From Tubiluchus corallicola (lineage: Eukaryota; Animalia; Priapulida), in assembly GCA_030141605.1 (NCBI GenBank), contig JAQGDQ010001081.1:626-64625 (forward strand): DNA of 64,000 bases. The letters run 5' to 3'. How positions within the stretch are numbered: the first letter of the stretch is position 1; each line of letters begins with the position of its first letter. Made by a program: the position numbers and the translations under genes. Below the pieces are notes generated by a model. The model had not been told where the DNA came from, searched no databases, and saw only the letters and a list, made by a program, of their open reading frames with translations. This document shows, one piece after another, positions 57,531-64,000 of this stretch.

Positions 57531-60500
57531 TTTTTATTTTTTAGAGTATTTAAATTTTAGTAAACGGCAAAGCCGGGTGAATAGGGAAAAAATCTATAAA
57601 ATTAGTTATAAAGCTCATACTGCATGTACTGTCTACCAATGACTCTATATTATTGTGGTGAAGTCCTGATGATGAATCAGTATTGCAGAGCAGAACTTTG
57701 CAATACGAAAGCCATAACAAATTGTGGGAAACTTTAACCATAATATTATTACTTTTTAAAATTAAAAAATTTTCTTATTTAGCTTCCGTCTTTGTACTAT
57801 AGGGAGTCGGGAAATGGCAGGCTAGCCCCACTGTACTTAAAAGTTATCGCAAGTAGACATAAATCCATTTTTTCATATTTTTATCATTACAGTATTATGC
57901 TTAAAGTGTTTTTACATTTCTGTCATGTCATTGTCATAAATAAAAAATAACGAAGTTCTTGAAGAAATCAGTCATGACACCATTCCCATTGAGAAAAAAC
58001 GTGAGTTCGATCCCCCTGCAATTTATGACTCTCTAAGCTACGAATAATATATTATCCTGGTAGCCATGGCAGCTGTAAACCGAAGGTGTATCTACTGATG
58101 ACACAAAAAATAATCGTAGTGGAAACTTTTATTGCACAAGCCTAAAAGTGGGCCAGATGTGGTTATTTAGTAGCTGGCAGTTGAGTGACTTATCCTCAGT
58201 AAAACCTAACAAGTTTTTCCAGTTACAAGAACTAAAAATAAGGCTATTCACCCCAAAATGCGGCGTTAATAGGGACACAGGTTTGTAAGTAAAAAACAAT
58301 GGATGATATTTTTATCATAAAAACAATACCTTCAAAAGATAGGTTGTGTATGTAGCCATATAGCTACCAAAACAATTTAGAATAAAAAAAACTAAATAAA
58401 ACAAAAACGTTACGGCAGTCTGAGTGTAAAAGTTGTCTCTATTTACCCCGTTCTACGGTCCCTTATCTTATGTATCTTATAGTTCAGCGTGCTGAGATTT
58501 TGGATAATATGGTGCGCTATACATTTACATTTTACATTACATTAATTACGAACAAACAAACAAATAATTAGCTGTATAACTGCTAATTTTTGATATTTAT
58601 AGTTGAACCTTGATGTTACAGTTCTTCGATGTGATATTGTTAAATTGTTCACAATCACCGCAGTTATAATAGCTACGCAAGGTGCATTGAATAACCGCCT
58701 AATCGGCAAAACAACACAATAAAATCAATTCGTACCTTCACATATTGCTATCCTCCTTTTTACATTTTCTCCACTTCTTTCAATTTTATTCTACATGGCT
58801 TCTAAATGTAGGCTCGTTCACTATCTGAAGCTCAGTTCAATATTTCCTATTCTTGCTTAATGCTGTCAGGAAACCGACGTGCGCACTGCCAGTCTTGTCT
58901 ACAGCGCAGAAACGTCCTACATATTTTATAGATTTAATTCACCGCTCCTATTCAGATAAGAATTGCAGCAATAGGCACATTTTCAAAGAGTCTTACGTAT
59001 TGCACAAGGCGAATGTGTTAACATAAAAACACATTTCTTAAATTAACAGAAAGTGTAACGTCTAGCATAACAGCCATACAGTTATAGCATGTACACACAC
59101 AGTAAGTAGACAGACGACAGGCAACCAGACTTAAACAAGAGAAAAATTGAAAACACTAGCCACAGCCTAAATTATTTAATCAAAAAATCTCACAAAGTTT
59201 TCTGAGCTTCGCAATTTCGTTTACTTGAATATTCTTATAGTACAACAGGCAGTTTTTTCAAGTTCGACTCGTCACGTTCCATCGTTGAAGTAATTAAGTT
59301 TAACAGAAGTTTACAATCAGGTGCAAAAGCAATAATACAAATAACAATATCTTTAGCAGTTTTTTTGGCAAATTGGCCATATGTAATAAAAGTTTTAGTT
59401 CGTGAGATTTTGGGTAGAATACTGTGACCGAAAAGTTTGACTATACGATGCGTCCAGTAAAGATACTTGTCATTCTTGGATTGTGGCTTGTTAAAATTGC
59501 TAACCTATATTTATCTCAATAGAAAAACAGGTAATGGCTCCACTAAGACATGATAGAACAAATTATAAAAATAATTTGATGGATGTATCTCAGTAGGTTA
59601 TCCTGAAATTGTTCCTTTTTATTTATTTGATCATATCACAGCTTCTTGCCATTAAAATTTAATTCAAAAAATTAACTTAGAGTGCTTTCAGTGTCTTCTG
59701 GCATGTAAATTTGCAGATGTAGTAAATGTACACATTGAAGACGTTTACTGACGTTAAATGACTGATGCTGAATCGCGATGCAGCCTCAGAATTCTGACAT
59801 TTCACACATGACCTATTTCAATGATTTCGTCCCATTTAGTTCGACAACGTCGTGCAATTAAGTAACCTCGCCGACAAGTCGATACATATAAGTGTATGTA
59901 CACATGCGCTATTTACCCAGAGGTCATAATTTGTAGTGATGATATTGGAAACTATATAGGCACCATTAATCAAATCATGTCTTCAGTTTAGCGATCTTTA
60001 AATGACCTTGGCTTGTTTAATATTACAAAGAAAAATACTCGTAGAAATAAATGTTAGGTTATTTGCATGTACAGCTTGCACAGTTAGGTAAAAGTATAAA
60101 TTACGTTACAATCAATTAGTACCGTTGTAATAAGCTGAATTTTTAAGAAAACTAATCCTGTTGTCTAACCATTTCTTTTTATTGGTACAATTATTTTAGT
60201 GCCGCCTATGTACATTAATTAAAGCTGATCAAAACAAATTAACAGATGACTGGAGTACAAAACTGGAACGTGATCAGTTTGTCAGCTACTGATTAAACCA
60301 AACTAACTAAACATTGGTGGACCAATGTTTCCATGGAACCAGAGCGACACCACACAGCAAGCATCAAGCATGTAACGAAACAACTAACTAAAATAATAAC
60401 AAATATATTAGCTGCATATGACCTCTCTCTTCCCGTAATGATATTTTTAAGTGTTGTGCTTTCAACTATTTGGAAAAAATTGTAATCTGAATGATAAAAC

Positions 60501-60905
60501 ACAGGATATTACATAAGAAATCTTGTTGCGGCAGAGGTGCAGTGATTTCCAATACCTGGATGCGTACATCAATACATTTCTTAATTGTCTTTGTGTGCTT
60601 AGCACGATTCACAAATCATATTAGGCTTCTGCATGCATATAAACCCACGTTACACGAGATAACCATTATCTGTAGGTTCCACTAACACGCAGCTTCTCTC
60701 TGGTTCTCTAGTTTTGCTATTGATCACCAATTATGACGGCTAATTAACGACAAAAATTAATTGGCATTATTGCGTTTTATTGTACGGTACTAGCGCAGTG
60801 AGTGATTTTATTAGAAGCAAACTGGAAAGCATGTAGGAAAAGGTGGGATTGCGGGAGAAAGAAAAGAAAGACGGAGGAGGGGGAAGGAAGCGGTGTGAAA
60901 AAGGG

Positions 60906-60906
<1 letters not shown>

Positions 60907-60938
<32 letters not shown>

Positions 60939-60987
60939 TGTATGTATGTATGTATGTATGTATGTATGTATGTATGTATGTATATAT
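60907..60987. repeat. (TATG)n microsatellite
   Basis: Direct reading. Confidence 0.97.
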
Positions 60988-63450
60988 AGAGAGAGAATTT
61001 TACTCACTTCTATAATGACACGTTGTGTACTACTAAATATAAAATTGGCAAAGGCAAATTACTTTAGCGCTTCACTTTTTATCTTGGCGTAATCGTTAGC
61101 TGCTATGATTCACGATTGTATTAGATCCTGAGCCTTCGCTGATTGCTGCAGACAATGCGCATGCATCAGATATGGGGCTGGGCTATATAGCTTATATAAT
61201 CTTTGATAAGAATAACAGACAAGAGGCGATAATGTATAGGACATACGCATGTCATGTGCACGTTAAGATGAAGGCAGTGAATTGTAAAAAAATATTTAAA
61301 CTACGCCATGCTTAAAAGTACGTGTACTATAAGTTACATAATTATAGATCTACAACAAGTGCCTCTTTGGCTAAATGTCCTTAGAACCAAAACCGAGAGA
61401 GAGTGCTTCGGAATTTTCGTTATCAGTTTCAGCAAACCATCCAAAAGGTCCTGTAACACGGAAATGTTTAGTTTGTCAACATGTTTATTTTCATGGTTAA
61501 ATTCTACGTACAGAATCTATAAGACATTGCATTAACCCCAGATTTGATTCATGAGTTTGTAACAAATTCGAGTTAGATGAAGTGGGTTAAACGAGAGACA
61601 AAGGTATAGATAATTGGAGTTTTCAATGGAAGTTGGAGCTGTGTGCCGCTAGATGCTACGATGTTATACAGGCAAAATCCAGTTTCGCCTCACGCCATGG
61701 ATGAAAAAGGCAGTTTGTGATTAAAACAAGTAAATCTTCCAGTCTTATAGAATCGTCCAGTTAAAGCAATAATCTCCTTTATAGATGTACCCTGATGTTG
61801 AATTAAGAATTGAACACATTATCAATTCCCTTACCATTGACTGCTTGGCAGCTTGTAAGGGACAAAGAACAACGAAACAACACCGGAAAACAAAACGCAA
61901 TGAAATATCGAACACTCGTAGAAAATAAATCCCAGCACAATTTAATACGCTGAAACCTGCATCACTTAGGGTTTTAGCAAAGTATAACACACATTGCGAA
62001 TTGGCGGTCGCCTGTTTCAAATCAATGGTTTCAATATTGTGTGAAGCAATGCTGTGCTAATAATTATGCAGATTAATTTTGTTGTATGTACACAGTCATC
62101 GTGACTCATCATGTACTGAGAATAAGCGATATGATGTTTGGGCATTTCACTAATAGCTCATCCCTCTGAGTTTCTTTGCTTGGATGATTCATTCTGAGTG
62201 GGCCCCTTTCCCATGAGATTCCACAAGCGTCAAAGCAAAAATTGTACAAACTGCCAATCTGAGAGGCTAACATTGATAATTTTACACCGTATTTGTAATT
62301 TGTTTAAAGTTGATTCACTAAATATGAATGTAATTACACAGGATAGCTTGTGGTCGTATATTAACATAATTAACGCCATTATTGGGTTAAATAAACTACG
62401 GCATGTACAGAACTCAATTTCTTGAGGCCGCTTTTCAATGACTACGCCCCGTAATTTTCAAAAATACCCAGTAGCATAGACACAATATGTTTTTAAACAC
62501 TGTTGAATTCACTAACAAACAGTCTCATGGAGATACATGCATGTACTATACATATATGATATATACTGAAACGTTACATTGAAGGACGAATGAAACCCCT
62601 TTTTTCGATAGAAGAGTCAAAAATTCTATCATTGAATTACACTTCGTTGAACCGGTTTTTTCTTGGAATTTCCCAAAATATCTATACGCGCTGACGAAAG
62701 ATGACAAATAACATGAGCGGATGATCCTTCTACAACGAGAAATATGTAATTCATACTATTTACAATTGTAAAGTCGCAAATGTTATTTTATTGTCAACAT
62801 AGCGTTTCAATCGAATGTACAATATTGTCAAATATTACAATAATCAAACGATTCCATAGAAAGGGCGCTTAGGCCTATTCTCAAACGCTGCATTTGCTAA
62901 CAGCCTGACGCGAGCTGCACTTTAAATCGAAATAAATCTTTCACGATGGAAGAAACTGGCTTCGTTGCGATGACTCACTGCAACTGTCTTTCTTTCTCTT
63001 AATAATTTATGAACTGGAGTGCTATAAAATTAAGTGGCTGTCAGCGGGATATGACAGGAAGAAAATTTGTCTTGATTCTCTATATGGGTTTACAGACTGA
63101 AATTGTCCACAATAGATATAAATATTTGGGTTTACGGACTGAAAATATGGCACCCAGATAGACAGAATTAAAATTACGTCGGAGACTTGTTTTGTGCTAG
63201 TGCATACATTTCTATAATTAGTATCCATTCACAAGGAATTATAGTTAGTCTTTGTCTCTAGAAGTTAGTAAAAGTCACTATTCCCTGCTTAGACGAAAAA
63301 CACAAGGCTCCAAAGAGTTACTAGAGGAAAAGTTTCTGTGTTATCACCTATCTCGACATCGTTCAGTTATTCGTCATAGGGTTTTCTGGCGGGTTAAGCG
63401 TATCATTGACCTTTTAAAAGTGATGATTGACCTTGACGATATATAAATCT

Positions 63451-63495
63451 TGTGTGTGCGTGCGTGCGTGCGTGCGTGCGTGTGTGTGTTTGTGT
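63451..63495. repeat. (GT)n/(GCGT)n compound microsatellite
   Basis: Direct reading. Confidence 0.92.
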
Positions 63496-64000
63496 ATTTA
63501 TTTAATATAAAAGACTACTGAGGCCATGTTGGCTAATCTGGATCCTGAACATGGATTTGCATATATCTCAACTATAATACAAGCCATGTCAAACAAATTG
63601 ACATGTGGGTAACAATAACAGGATAAAGGGTCAATATGTTGCACAGTCTTATCAAGTTGACTATGCTGAACCTAAAAAAGAACTGTTATCAGCTTGAAAA
63701 ATTAGCGGAAAAGGTAAAAACGCAAAAAGTAAAAATAGCCCGTCACGTTATTGCATAAACAATGTAAATCGAAAGAAATTAACATTAAGAAACAATTACT
63801 ACATCTATTCCAGGGTATCTGGACGTAAAGAATCAATTACTGTTATTTTTATTTTAAAAATGGCTGTGTGTTTTCAAAATGGTCTCCACACAAATTATGC
63901 CGACCATGCAGTTATATTACCTGATTCACCCAAACGTGATTATAAAACGAAAAGCTAACTAGTTTTATGAATTCGACCTTTTTGAATGCAAACGTCTTCT

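Noticed and set aside
57660-57740. C/D box snoRNA (ATGATGA)
   Set aside because: No suitably placed CTGA D box or terminal stem

Overview
AT-rich animal (probably invertebrate) nuclear DNA with GT-AG introns; no prokaryotic features. It holds three genes. (1) The 3' part of a TBC1D8/TBC1D9-family Rab-GAP gene on +, with 17 coding exons traced from 884 to 12099. (2) An uncharacterised + strand gene (about 18394-36059) with small 5' exons and a 4.1 kb terminal exon encoding a disordered region ending in a polybasic stretch and CCWPL. (3) A convergent - strand gene with a large terminal exon at 39302-40882 and candidate first exons up to about 21 kb upstream. A decayed, near full-length CR1/L2-group LINE (about 6.1 kb) lies antisense in an intron of gene 2, with an SGNH-esterase ORF1, a hydrophobic ORF, a broken 2A-like NPGP motif, APE and RT. 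LINE fragments, MITE-like inverted repeats, a 149-bp tandem array and microsatellites fill the rest. The most striking signal is a near-perfect inverted copy (1-659 versus 2762-3420) of the TBC catalytic arginine-finger exon region, lying in an upstream intron of the same gene. All calls are by eye; no searches were run.
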